A DNA stretch of 64,000 nucleotides, taken from positions 183,892,001 to 183,956,000 of the forward strand of contig OZ024741.1 in assembly GCA_964016885.1 (NCBI GenBank). The letters are read 5' to 3'. This stretch comes from Eledone cirrhosa (lineage: Eukaryota). Position 1 is the first letter of the stretch. Each line of letters starts with the position of its first letter. Positions 1 to 17,410 of the stretch are shown piece after piece. The notes below the pieces were generated by a model. That model was not told the origin of the DNA. It searched no databases and worked only from the letters and a program-made list of their open reading frames with translations. A program made the position numbers and the translations under genes.

Positions 1-845
1 GTCGTGGTGATGGTGGTGATGACGGTGGTTGTAGTTGTGATTGCGGCGATGGTGGCGGTGGTTGTCGTGAAGGTTATGGTTGTGGTTGTGGTGGTGATGG
101 CTGTGTGGTTGTGGTTGTGGTGATGGTATTCGTGGTAGTTGTGGTGTTGGTTGTGGTAGTCGTGGTGGTGGTGGTGGTAATGGCCGTGGTAGTGGTGGTG
201 ATGATAGCCGTTGTGGTGGGAGTCGAGGTGGTGGTGGTGGTGGTGGATGTAGTGGTGATGATAGTGGTGGTGGTAGTGGTGGAGTTGGTGGTGGTAGTGG
301 TCGTGGTGGTGGTGGTGATGATAGCCGTTGTGGTGAGAGTCGAGGTGGTGGTGGTGGTGGTGGTGGATGTAGTGGTGATGATAGTGGTGGTGGTAGTGGT
401 GGTGATGATAGCCGTTGTGGTGGGAGTCGTGGTGGTGGTGGTGGTGGTGGAGGTAGTGGTGATGATAGTGGTGGTGGTAGTCGTGGAGGTGGTGGTGGTA
501 GTGGTGGTGGTAGTGGTGGTGATGATAGCCGTTGTGGTGGGAGTCGTGGTGGTGGTGGTGGTAGTGGTGATGATAGTGGTGGTGGTAGTCGTGGAGGTGG
601 TGGTGGTAGTGGTCGTGGTAGTGGTGGTGATGATAGCCGTTGTGGTGGGAGTAGTGGTGGTGGTGGTGGTAGTGGTCGTGGTAGTGGTGGTGGTGGTGGT
701 TTTGTAGTGACGAGATGGTGACAGTGGCCATACTTATCATGGTTGTTGTTCTTCCTGTGGATATGGTGAAACCAGTTGTGGCTACAGTGTTTGTCGTGGT
801 TATTGTTGCTATGGTGTTGATGAAGGTGACGGTTGTGATTGTTTC
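1..845. repeat. Degenerate (GTG/GGT)n low-complexity repeat with a recurring longer unit (GTGATGATAGCCGTTGTGGTGGGAGTCG...)
   Basis: GTG-dominated triplets; the unit GATGATAGCCGTTGTGGTG recurs at about 200, 317, 404, 521 and 629. The triplet register shifts near 104 and 707-714. Confidence 0.9.
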
Positions 846-863
846 AGGATGTAGGAAGGGCGT

Positions 864-2596
864 TATATGGGAGAGTGTTACATGGGAGAGTGTTATATGG
901 GAGAGTATTACATGGGGCAGTGTTATATGGGAGAGTGTTATATGGGAGAGAGTTGCATGGAGGAGTGTTACATGGGACAGTGTTACATGGGAGAGTGTTA
1001 CATGGGAGAGTGTTATATGGGAGAGTATTACATGGGGCAGTGTTATATGGGAGAGTGTTACATGGGAGAGTGTTATATGGGAGAGTATTACATGGGGCAG
1101 TGTTATATGGGAGAGTGTTATATGGGAGAGAGTTGCATGGAGGAGTGTTACATGGGACAGTGTTACATGGGAGAGTGTTACATGGGAGAGTGTTATATGG
1201 GAGAGAGTTGCATGGGAGAGTGTTACATGGGAGAGAGTTGCATGGGGGAGTGTTACATGGGAGAGTGTTATATGGGAGAGTGTTACATGGGAGAGAGTTG
1301 CATGGGAGAGTGTTACATGGGAGAGTGTTACATGGGAGAGTGTTATATGGGAGAGTATTACATGGGGCAGTGTTATATGGGAGAGTGTTACATGGGAGAG
1401 TGTTATATGGGAGAGTATTACATGGGGCAGTGTTATATGGGAGATTGTTATATGGGAGAGAGTTGCATGGAGGAGTGTTACATGGGACAGTGTTACATGG
1501 GAGAGTGTTACATGGGAGAGTGTTATATGGGAGAGAGTTGCATGGGAGAGTGTTACATGGGAGAGAGTTGCATGGGGGAGTGTTACATGGGAGAGTGTTA
1601 TATGGGAGAGTGTTACATGGGAGAGAGTTGCATGGGGGAGTGTTACATGGGAGAGTGTTACATGGGAGAGTGTTACATGGGAGACAGTTGCATGGGGGAG
1701 TGTTACATGGGAGAGTGTTATATGGGACTGTGTTATATGGGAGAGTGTTACATGGGAGAGTGTTACATGGGAGAGTGTTACATGGGGGAGTGTTACATGG
1801 GAGAGTGTTATATGGGGGAGTGTTACATGGGAGAGTGTTACATTGGAGAGTGTTACATGGGAGAGAGTAGCATGGGGGAGTGTTACATGGGAGAGTGTTA
1901 CATGGGAGAGAGTTGCATGGAAGAGTGTTATATGGGGGATTGTTACATGGGAGAGTGTTATATGGGTGAGTGTTAAATAGGGGAGTGTTACATGGGAGAG
2001 TGTTACATAGGAGAGTGTTACATGGGAGAGTGTTACATGGGAGAGAGTTGCATGGAAGAGTGTTACATGAGGGAGTGTTACATGGGAGAGTGTTATATGG
2101 GGTAGTGTTACATGGGAGAGTGTTATATGGGAGAGTGTTACATGGAAGAGTGTTACATGGGAGAGTGTTACATAGGAGAGAGTTGCATGGGAGAGTGTTA
2201 TATGGGGGAGTGTTACATAGGGGAGTGTTACATGGGAGAGTGTTACATAGGAGAGTGTTACATGGGAGAGTGTTACATAGGAGAGAGTTGCATGGGAGGG
2301 TGTTACATGAGGGAGTGTTACATGAGAGAGTGTTACATGGGAGAGTGTTACATGAGAGAGTGTTATATGGGGGAGTGTTACATGGGAGAGAGTTGCATAG
2401 GAGAGTGTTACATGAGGGAGTGTTACATGGGAGAGTGTTATATGGGAGTGTGTTATATGGCAGAGTGTTACATCGGAGAGTGTTACATAGGAGAAAGTTG
2501 CATGGGAGAGTGTTATATGGGGGAGTGTTATATGGGAGACTGTTATATGGGGGAGTGTTACATAGGAGAGTGTTACATGGGAGAGTGTTACATGGG
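864..2596. repeat. 15-bp minisatellite, consensus GAGAGTGTTACATGG, about 115 units
   Basis: Continuous 15-nt periodicity with variant units (GAGAGAGTTGCATGG, GAGAGTATTACATGG, GGCAGTGTTATATGG). Confidence 0.97.
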
Positions 2597-2725
2597 TGAG
2601 TGGAGGCTTGGAAGCTCGGCGGGATTAATACAATAAAGTGTAACGAACCAATGAAGGAGACTCTTACACGGTCGGTAGAACTTCTAAAAATAGCAGTAAA
2701 ATGGAGCGTCCGTATCATAAAAAAA

Positions 2726-3670
<945 letters not shown>

Positions 3671-4057
3671 CGCGCGCGTGGATGTGCCTATGTGTATTTT
3701 AGTGTATATGATTCTGTAAGTAACATTTCTATGTGAGAGATGTCAGGTGTCACTGACCTCTGAGGAAAAACAATATAGCTTTCCTCCATGTTATTCTTCA
3801 TTTAAAAACATGGCCAGGGGGAATAGAAATATCTTGATTGGTTAGTTTTCAGCAAGATTATATTGTTCTGTGTTAGAATAGAGGATAAAAAAAATCAAGT
3901 CTAGTTTGCTAAAGATAATTAGACACACAGAGAATTATATGAACAAGTTAACACACAAATGCATAAATAGGAAAAGAATCAAAAGCAAAACAAAACGAAA
4001 ATAATTAAGTACAGATCTATACACTAAACGTCGTACAATATATATTACACACTGGTG

Positions 4058-4091
<34 letters not shown>

Positions 4092-4092
<1 letters not shown>

Positions 4093-4290
4093 TAGATGAG
4101 ATTCTACAGGACTAGAACTGTTTTATTCTTTAGAAATCATCAGGAATCCCTGATCAGCGATTCCTGATGATTTCTAAAGAATGAAACAGTTCTAGTCCTG
4201 TAGAATCTCATCTATGTTAAAACTTTTATACTCTGCAATGTATTGAGTACCTTACTTACTGTGGTTACCTCCGATTCAACCCGGAATAAC

Positions 4291-4292
<2 letters not shown>
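4092..4292 (+). mobile_element. Penelope-like terminal remnant (family A) with a 124-bp fold-back palindrome
   Basis: 4092-4215 is a near-perfect palindrome centred on TGATCA (4151-4156) and the island is flanked by (TA)n. Homologous copies lie at 24928-25063 and 32961-33138. It contains a hammerhead motif. Confidence 0.7.
4159..4207 (+). ncRNA. Type I hammerhead ribozyme motif (family A), intact core
   Basis: Stem I GATTC(4159-63)/GAATC(4203-07); CTGATGA 4164-70; stem II TTTCT-AA-AGAAT; GAAA 4183-86; stem III CAG/CTG with loop TTCTAGTC; cleavage triplet GUA. The mirror copy on the minus strand (4100-4148) has GAAA->AAAA. Confidence 0.8.
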
Positions 4293-4389
<97 letters not shown>

Positions 4390-4452
4390 GTGTGTGTATG
4401 TATATATATATATATATACATACATACACACATAGACACACACACACACATT

Positions 4453-4485
<33 letters not shown>

Positions 4486-4574
4486 GTATGTAAATCTGTA
4501 TTCGTATATATATATAGTTACATATATATATACAAATATATATATGTATATATACGTAAGTGTGTTTGTTTGCT

Positions 4575-4621
<47 letters not shown>

Positions 4622-4740
4622 TTTCTGAATTTGTTTAGCAAGATGTGGCGCATGCGCAAACTGAGCACGCAACCCACACACAAACAAAATGGCGTAGGAT
4701 AGAAGAAAGGAAAGGCACAGAAACGAAGAAAGAAATCCCC

Positions 4741-4785
4741 AGTCACTGAAGAGGTCACAGAGTGTGTGACGAAAGAACTATGACT
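4741..4785 (+). ncRNA. Minimal type I hammerhead ribozyme motif (family B)
   Basis: Stem I AGTCA/TGACT; CTGAAGA 4746-52; one extra G, then stem II GTCACA/TGTGAC; GAAA 4771-74; vestigial stem III GAAC; triplet CUA. It lies in a (TA)n-flanked island at about 4620-4933. Confidence 0.75.
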
Positions 4786-4928
4786 ATATATATATAAACA
4801 ACTATCTGGTTGTGGAACCAACCAACCAACCAGAAATTTATAAATTTGTAAATTTATAAATATATATTAAATTAAATTGAAGTGAAAGCAACTGGTGCGT
4901 GTGTTTCTTATTGGCAACATGACCCTCC

Positions 4929-4974
<46 letters not shown>

Positions 4975-5374
4975 GTGTGTATGTGAGTGTGTGTGTTCGT
5001 ATCTATATATTTATATATACATATATATGATTATATACACATAAATGCATGCATACGGATGCGTTTGTCTATCCGTATGCGTGTATGTGTGTATGTATGC
5101 GTGTGTATGTTTATATATCTACAGCTATAGTCAATATAGAAAGTTTTATTGGTAATCTCTTCAACATAAAAATATGAAAGCCTGGCATGGATCAATTTAA
5201 TGGTTCTTCTTTAAAAAGAAACTCCTCCAACCACCATTAAAAGTTCAAGATCAAAGTCTTCAACATTTCTTCTATCTACAATGTTATTCTTCCTCGCTCT
5301 CTCTCTCTCTCTTCTATACATTATTTCATCTTTAGCATATATCTTCCTACTTACCAAACACAAAAACTGCTTTT

Positions 5375-5435
<61 letters not shown>

Positions 5436-5441
5436 CATACG

Positions 5442-5561
<120 letters not shown>

Positions 5562-5716
5562 AATTTATAGAACCAGACAAATTGAATTTGTCTAAGCTCA
5601 CCGAATTTCCAATCTCTATGACTTTACAGAACTTGTATTTACTAAATACAAGTGTGTATATTAGAGCGCATATATGAATTAGTTAGTGGTGAAATCGGTG
5701 TTGGGTGGAAACTCAA

Positions 5717-5747
<31 letters not shown>

Positions 5748-6009
5748 CATTTGCCTTCCCATGCAAGACCGTTTTAACCACCAGAGGTAGACCTCTCTGA
5801 ATAAATAAATAAATAAATGAATATATATATAAAAAAGAAAATTTTCACTCTACATGGCTGAATACAATAAATGTAATCTGAGTGTTTCGAATATTGATAA
5901 TAATTGTTTCTACTTTAGGCACAAGGTCACAAGAGCAAGAATGAAGGGTTCATTCTACTGACATGGCTATAAAACTGAGGTTTGTTTGCATTATTGCAAA
6001 CGAATCGTT

Positions 6010-6140
6010 CCTTTACGATCTGAGTTCAAATCCCGCCGAGGTTGACTTTGCCTTTCATCCTACGGGGTCGATAAAATAAAGTACCAGTAATGCACTGGGT
6101 AATTGCTGGCCTTGTGCCTAAAGTAGAAACAATTATTATT
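6010..6140 (+). mobile_element. tRNA-derived SINE, 5'-truncated (short variant)
   Basis: B-box GAGTTCAAATCC, central GCCTTTCATCC-TACGGGGTCGATAAAATAAAGTACCAG, tail CCTTGTGCCTAAAGTAGAAACAATTATT. Confidence 0.9.
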
Positions 6141-6164
6141 AATATTCGAAAACCTCAGATTACA

Positions 6165-6923
<759 letters not shown>

Positions 6924-7050
6924 TTATACTCCAAGATTGAACGGAATTCTTACAAACTTGTGGAGTTACCCCTAACCGTACGTTGAAACCATCCATGAAA
7001 CTGGCTTTCTTAACCAAAAACTGGATCACAATAAGCAATTTTTTGCTTCT

Positions 7051-7119
<69 letters not shown>

Positions 7120-7234
7120 AATTTAGGGCAGTTGACTGGGCTAGTAGGTGTAAATGTTCGGCTAGTAGCTGCTAAATGTCTCTGCTTTTCCGCCCCATGC
7201 ATTTTGTCTATTATATTCCTTTGTTATATTTCAA

Positions 7235-7291
7235 ATACCTGATGATGTCACCGGATTCATGCTGAACCGGTAGTTGAAATGATCATAGTAT
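7235..7291 (+). ncRNA. Minimal type I hammerhead ribozyme motif (family C), intact core
   Basis: Stem I ATAC/GTAT; CTGATGA 7239-45; stem II includes ACCGG..TTCA/TGAA..CCGGT; GAAA 7276-79; palindromic stem III TGATCA; triplet AUA. It lies in a (TA)n-flanked island at about 7122-7474. Confidence 0.75.
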
Positions 7292-7560
7292 AATAAACCT
7301 TTTAAGGAATTACACCAGTCCAGCCTCCTGTTATTTTATAATAATTAACTCCGCACCACCAACAACTCAAACGAAGACGGGTGCGTTGCATTACGTCGAG
7401 TGCTCTCCATAATATTACATCGAGGTTGACCATACGGAATGACCAGTTCTATCCAGTGGTCAACCAACAAACCTATATATATATATATATATATGCGCAA
7501 ATTAAACGGAAACGATATCAATCAGCACTGTACAATAAAATATATATAATAGGAAAAGTT

Positions 7561-7596
7561 TCTTTAAGTTTCGAGCAGTAGTCCTTCATTAGAAGA
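7561..7596 (-). ncRNA. Degenerate minimal hammerhead motif (family D)
   Basis: The minus strand reads TCTT-CTAATGA-AGGACTACTGCTC-GAAA-CT-TA-AAGA. Stem I TCTT/AAGA is intact and the core carries G5A. Confidence 0.45.
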
Positions 7597-7752
7597 TAGA
7601 ATGATATAAAAGATGAAATAGAAATATATAGAGAAAATAAAAGAACGGAAAAACATGTTTGAGAAAAAACACGTATGTATTCAGTCAGATATTTTAGAGA
7701 AAAAATATGCATACAAGTATAGCCTTATACACAGACACACACACGCACACAG

Positions 7753-7869
<117 letters not shown>

Positions 7870-8009
7870 TGTATATTTCCAAAGAAATTCTTGAATTTTC
7901 GCCAGAGGTAGGTTTCTTCAAACAAACCGACAAGAAATCTTGCGAACATGATTACCAAAATCATTACAACCATGGACAAAATGACATGCGGTATTTTCTT
8001 CACCCCTTA

Positions 8010-8420
8010 CTTGCTCAGTTCAAATCCCACTGAAGCCAATATTTTTGGCCTTATGTTCTGAGTCCAAATCCCACCGAGGCCAGCTTTGACATACATCCTT
8101 CCGGGTTTATAAAATGAAGTAAGAGTCAAGTACAGATGTATATTTAATTGGTTTACCACACTCACATTTTCTGGCCTTGTACCTATACTTGAAATTCTTA
8201 TTTATATTGATTTCGTTCATAAGTATATGTCCTAAACTATGGGTGGGGAAAGAAATTAGTCGACTATATCGGCTCCAGTACACGACAGGTACGTTATTTT
8301 GCCAACCCCTGAATTATGAAAGATAAAGTTGATCTCAGTAGAAAATGATTTCCGAGCGAAACAATCGTAATGTAATACCACAGGGCCTTTTGTCCGGCGC
8401 TTTAACGATTCTTCCAATCG
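8010..8420. mobile_element. Two old, degenerate SINE copies (+ then -)
   Basis: Diverged B-box (GAGTCCAAATCC) and central/tail motifs of the dominant SINE. Confidence 0.6.
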
Positions 8421-8469
8421 TATTAAAATTGTCAATATTACTTCAACGTATTATGGAGAGCAAATAATT

Positions 8470-8691
8470 ATTTCTACTATAATAGGTACAAGGCCAGCAA
8501 TTGGGGTGAGGTGGGGTGTAAATTCGATTAAATCGACCCCACTGCATTACTGGTGCTTTATTTTATCGACCTCGTAAGGATGAAAAGCAAAGCTAATCTC
8601 GGTGGGATTTGAACTCAGACCATAAAGGGTCGAACTCTATGCTGCAAAGCATGCTGTCCGACGCTCTACCGATCCTTCCTATCCTCCGCCC
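8470..8691 (-). mobile_element. Full-length tRNA-derived SINE with an 18-bp target site duplication
   Basis: TATGGAGAGCAAATAATT at 8452-8469 and 8692-8709; A-box-like head, B-box, central domain and tail all present. Confidence 0.92.
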
Positions 8692-9880
8692 TATGGAGAG
8701 CAAATAATTTGAAGTATTTATTTCAGTCTGACTCACATTTTGTTGTTGGTGTTGTATTTGTTTAACCGCATGTTACCTCTGATCCAGCAGATCTTTTATG
8801 ATAAATGTTTTACTCATCAACATCACCTTTTATTTTATTAAACATATAATATATATACTACATTATCGAAAATATATTCTCTTTCTTAAGACGATAGTTT
8901 GGGACTTGAGGGAAATATTTAGCTCATGCTTTAAGTGATCATGTAGAGTTTTTTCCCGACGACCTCTTTTATTTGATGTTGTTCTTATTTTAGCCAAGTC
9001 AGATCTTATCCAATTATTAGACTTAGGATCAAAGACGTTCCAGCAGTGATCATAACCTCGTTTGAAGAAGACTTGTGATGTTTTGTATTGTCAGTCACGT
9101 AACGTCAATCTCATAAAACCGAGATAAGCCTTGGCCTTCGTCTTACCCATGCCAACATGGAAAAACGGATATAAAACCAATGATTCCGAGAAAGAAGAAA
9201 GAGAGAGAACTCCTATAGTTTCTTTTTCCAATTTCCTTCTTTAATGTACTTTTTAACTCCAGTTTTATTGTTTTCTCCTTGTCTAAGTATTTTTCTTCAA
9301 AGTTTTCATTTTTTTTTCATTACATATTGAGACATTTTTTTCTTTTTTATGATCTTTCTTACACTAACAAGCTTCCATTTGTTGTCTTCGAAATATTTAT
9401 CTACTCCAACTGTTATTTGTAGTACTTTTCCTATTTGAAACAAGCTCCGCCCTCTCTTTATGTGGGGGTAATTATATTCAGTTTATATTCAGTTTATGAC
9501 GTTGACTTAGGAACTTTGTTAATAGTTATAAACGTTTCAATTCCGTTAACTAAGAGCTTATTATGTTGAAGCTGCAGTTTATAACTGGGTTGTATATGTA
9601 CACATAATATCTTATTTCCTTGTGCCTATACTAGAAATCATTATTTAATTTGACGTTTCCAGTTTTAGTTCATTTGCATCTCATCTTAAATGTCTACTTC
9701 ACTTTCAAAGATAAACTGCGGGAATAAATACTACTGAAGAGTGTCCTTGCATTGTCGGTAATGACCGATGCAAGTCATTCTTTATTTATTCGGAGTGTTT
9801 TTAACATTCAGGATTGTGATATATTATAAAATGTATTTTGGTAATCAACGAAAGCCTTGTTATTATTTTTCTGTCCACTA

Positions 9881-10078
9881 AAGGGTGACCACAAAATCAC
9901 TTTTTGATTTCAAATACTTATAATATCAAAACTTAAATAAATATTCTTACAATATTAGTGAATATGATATCAAGTAATACCACAGGAAACTGTAGCCACA
10001 CAAATATTGTAAGAATATTCATTTAAATTTTCATATTATAAGTATTTAAAATCAAGGAGTGTTTTTGTGGTCACCCTG
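9881..10078. mobile_element. Tc1/mariner-type MITE (about 200 bp, long imperfect terminal inverted repeats)
   Basis: AGGGTGACCACAAAATCAC...GTGTTTTTGTGGTCACCCTG, with about 78-bp imperfect arms. TA lies to the left and the right flank reads TT. CAGGGTG ends are typical of Tc1/mariner MITEs. Confidence 0.75.
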
Positions 10079-10857
10079 TTCGGTTCGCCAGTAGCTGTTA
10101 TTTACAACAAAACACTCCGTCTTCTGACTACTGACTCTTCCGGTGAGTAAACAGCTTATCCTAGAAAATGGATGGAAAAGATATGCCATATTCTTGGCAA
10201 CCAATTTATAAGTCAATCATTTTAGAGACTCCGTTATATGTGTTTTGGGGAATTAATGCTGTTTTCCTGTCCAGCTACCAATCATGTGTTGATTGAGGTT
10301 TGATTAAAGATTCATTAAATGCTATTGTCATATACACACTGACACAGTTTAGGTGCTTCAGTCAGAAATTGTGCATCTTGACAATCCGAACTGTTTTATC
10401 ATTGCTTATAATTCTTAATGTTAGTGAATTTCTTGCAAGCTAAGATGAGCCATGCTCGCAGTATTATATGATTTATCTCATTTGTTTTCTGATCCGTTGT
10501 GTATCTTTATTGTGCCAAAAATGTTTTCCCTCTATTCTCTCTCAGTACGCTTGAATTTTAATTCAGTGATTTTGTTGTTGAAGTCTCTGGAGAATCCTTG
10601 GGCGATTTAATGATAAACTTTTTTTCCTGGAAGAATACTCGTTTTTTGAATTGTTTAATACTGCATACGTTTTCTAATATGATTTGTGTAGCCTTCTTTT
10701 TACACTCAGACCGTTTTTCTTTCATTGATATATTTAAAAGTTATTTTCTGGTCGTAGTGGCGGTTTTTTTTGTCGGGGCGGGGGCTCTATTTTATGTTGA
10801 ATTGCTTCGTTTCTGTTTTACAAAGTAAGGATAGCTCTTTCTTGTTTTTCAATATTA

Positions 10858-10888
10858 AGTTGCAAATATGTATATATACACAGAGTTG

Positions 10889-10948
<60 letters not shown>

Positions 10949-10985
10949 GTTGCAAATATATATATATATACAGTTGCAAATATAT

Positions 10986-11034
<49 letters not shown>

Positions 11035-11100
11035 CGTTGCAAATATATATATATATATATATACACAGTTGCAAATATATATATATATATACAGTTGCAA

Positions 11101-11145
<45 letters not shown>

Positions 11146-11230
11146 CACAGTTGCAAATATATATATATATATATATATATACAGTTGCAAATATATATAT
11201 ATATACACAGTTGCAAATATATATATATAA
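10858..11230. repeat. Compound minisatellite: CAGTTGCAAA core repeated about 10 times, separated by variable (TA)n
   Basis: GTTGCAAA recurs at about 10859, 10884, 10949, 10973, 11036, 11068, 11094, 11150, 11184 and 11210. Confidence 0.9.
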
Positions 11231-11308
11231 ACACAGCACGTTTATATGTATGTATGCACACACATACATATTCGCATATATACATATATGTATAATATAC
11301 ATACACAT

Positions 11309-11341
<33 letters not shown>

Positions 11342-11505
11342 TACACACACACACACACACATACACGCACACACATACATACACACATATCGTTTTGGAT
11401 TTCAGTCCGGTCTCCCCCAATGCTGCCGCTACTAGTAGATAGATTAAATCATTAATATTTTTGATATTCAGGTAGTTGGTTTCTGTGGACAGAGTTTTTT
11501 TGCAA

Positions 11506-11661
<156 letters not shown>

Positions 11662-11974
11662 GTTTGGTATTTATAGGCGTTGGTGAGAAGTTAACTTCCT
11701 TATGCAATATGTGATTAATGTGCGTGTTTTTATCTTATCGTATCATCATCATCATCATCAGCATCATCATCGTCATCGTGGTCATTATCACAACTTCCCC
11801 ACCGACCAACATCACTACCTCGCCGCAGTCACGTACCACAATCTCCCCTCCCCCTCCCCACCATTATTAATATCATCGCATAGTCTATAATAGCGTCATG
11901 TGAAAACTATTACATTATATTCCTTGCCCACGAGCCGAAACGTAGCATTATCAGATGAAATATGCATTTCCACA

Positions 11975-14625
<2,651 letters not shown>

Positions 14626-14842
14626 CCGAGGTAAAAATACGTGCATAAAACCTTTTAATTCGAGTAGTAAGAAGGGAACAGAGGGAGATTACGTCAGAGT
14701 TCGAGGTAGATAAACTGAGACGTAGGGTGAGATAGAATGACAATAAACAGTCATATGTCTATGACTATATTTGTAAACACACACACACACACAGAAACAC
14801 ACACTCACACACACTCACACATACACGCACAGAAACTCATAG

Positions 14843-14874
<32 letters not shown>

Positions 14875-14877
14875 GTA

Positions 14878-14958
<81 letters not shown>

Positions 14959-15199
14959 TTCGCATGTGAGAGTAAATGATGGTAGACTGATCTTCAATCT
15001 AACTTGCTTTTCACACCGTGATCCTTGCCAATGCTTTCTAGTTAAGAAAGATGATGTTTTATGAAGTACATAGCTTACACAGACGCACATGCGCACGCGC
15101 TCATTTTTCCACTTCTCCCTCTTTCTCCCCTTCCACCCGTTCCTTCTCTCATTCCACTTTTCCTCTTTTCCACTCTCTCTTACTCTTTATACTTCGTTC

Positions 15200-15460
15200 G
15201 CCGCGTGGCTTGCCAGTTAAGCTTGAGGACTTATGATCCTAATATTGTGGGTTCGATTCTTGCCCAGGTGCGACGCTATGGCTTTGAGCAAAAAACTTCA
15301 TTTCACGTTTGTCCAGTACACTGAACTGAAAAAGAGTATTAACTGTAGCTGGGGCTTAATCTAGCGATGTACTGCTGTCCTGTTCAGCGTAGTTTTAGTC
15401 GTTTAACGCCGATGAAAAATGAAACTGCAGATAAGTACCACCTGATGGCTTGATCCAGAC
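15200..15460 (+). mobile_element. Second tRNA-derived SINE family (CORE-like), degenerate
   Basis: Head TGGCTTGCCAGTT...GGGTTCGATTC, followed by TTTGAGCAAAAAACTTCATTTCACGTTTGTCCAGTACACTGAACTG. Related to 24392-24528(-). Confidence 0.6.
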
Positions 15461-17306
15461 TTTAACATTAAACTTTTAACCTCTCTTAGATCATTGCCCT
15501 CTTCTTCCTCTACCTTCCCGCTCTTTCTTAAATAATATATAATAATTATTAGTAATTTCACTAATATATATCATTAATATCTGACAAAATAGCGAATCCA
15601 CTGTCTTTGGAGTATCAAGACGAAAATGAAACTAAATTAAAGTACATAGAAATAAATGTACGGCATTTTAATTGTGCAATACATGACGAAAAGGGCCTTT
15701 AGAGTGTGTAACGAAGATGCACACAGAAAATGTAACATGCAGAGAACTTTTGGCTGATTTCAACTGTCACAAGATGGTGTACGAAGACGAAAGGACGCGA
15801 TAATATGGAATGATATATGCGTGGTACAGGGAATGATATATGCGTGGTAAAATAGGCAACTTAAGAAAAGAAGACTAGAGGAACCATGTGCGTTACGGGT
15901 GCCATAATATTGGCAACACGCACACATATTCGTATTCATGAGAAACGGCCTTTTTTCATATTTTTTCTGTCCTCCGAAGTACCTTTAGAACTGTTCCATT
16001 TATTTTGAGCGAAGTCCTTTTGAGCAAAACTTTAAGAGCGAACGGTAATTTCACCGAAGATTAATTTTTAGCGAAATACATACTATCGTACATTACCTTT
16101 TGAATATCGTACATTACCTTTTGAATTTTCATTCTTTATAGAATTCATTTTTTCGATGTTACAAGTTGTGAATTTTTAGTTCTTTCTACCATAAATTTTT
16201 TTATAATTTTTAATAATTTCTTTTAATAATTTTTTTATCCACCCTGTGAAGGTGTAATTATTTGTACTAAAAAAATATAGATTTCTTGTATATTATTATC
16301 TTTATCTACAAGGTTCGCTCCAACTGACATCACTTGGTAGGCATCATTTTAACTTCGCTCAAAATGACTTCACTAAATGACTGGATAAGTTTTAAAACAA
16401 CAAAGTCCATAATTTGATTGACATTTTCTGTCTCACTACTAGGTGTGTTGTTGGTATATTCAAGTATCTATTTTACGGTAGACATATTTATTATTGTAGT
16501 ATGCTCTAGATTCCTTATCGGAATTTGAATATTAGAGATCAACTATTAGACTTATACATCAAAAGTCACGTGTTTATATTGTGTGTACTGTTTGCGTGGT
16601 TGACATTATCTTGGGAGCACATTGCGATACAAGTATCGTTTCCATGGTTAAACGCCTATTTTCGTTAAGAAGTTTGTATAATACAGATGCTGTGTTTGTC
16701 AATGTTGTTGTATCTAGCTTTGTTTTGTGGTGTGTGGTGTAATTGCACCTTGTAAATCCATCGTGAGGCTTTCAGAGAGTATTATATTTGTATAGCTAAT
16801 GTAGCAATTGGTTTCATGAATTAAACAACTTTCATTTTTATTGTAAAATCTTTTATTGTAAAAAATGCAAGTGTCTTTTGTGGTTATGAAAACGGAAAAG
16901 GAAGGGAAAAGCAAGGGCGCTAGGGTCACAGAAGACTTTGTAAATCAAATTGGTAATTTCTAGTTTGTTTATGGCTTTGTATACGCGAGTTTCGTTGTTA
17001 ATAAGGAGGTTTTTAATTTTTGAGTCTTTTTAGTAAATTATTACTACTAATTTATGGTTTGGTCCGATGCATTTTGTGTTACGGTTTATAAGGTTTTTGA
17101 TTGTGTTCGTCTGCCATAGTTTGTATGCATTTAATTCATATAGTATACTTTATGTATGCTTTGTATATTTTTGATAGGTTCTTTTATGTGTATATTTATA
17201 TGGTTTGCTCTACCAGTCTGTTCGAACATCAGTTACTGGTTAATGTTCACACACACACACGCAGACACACACACACGCAGACACACACACACGAGACACA
17301 CACACG

Positions 17307-17410
<104 letters not shown>

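Noticed and set aside
1-860. Poly-Val ORFs, or a minus-strand Thr-rich mucin-like exon
   Set aside because: The triplet register shifts near 104 and 707-714, there are no clear splice sites, and similar (ACC)n tracts recur at 44.2 and 52.3 kb as plain low-complexity DNA.
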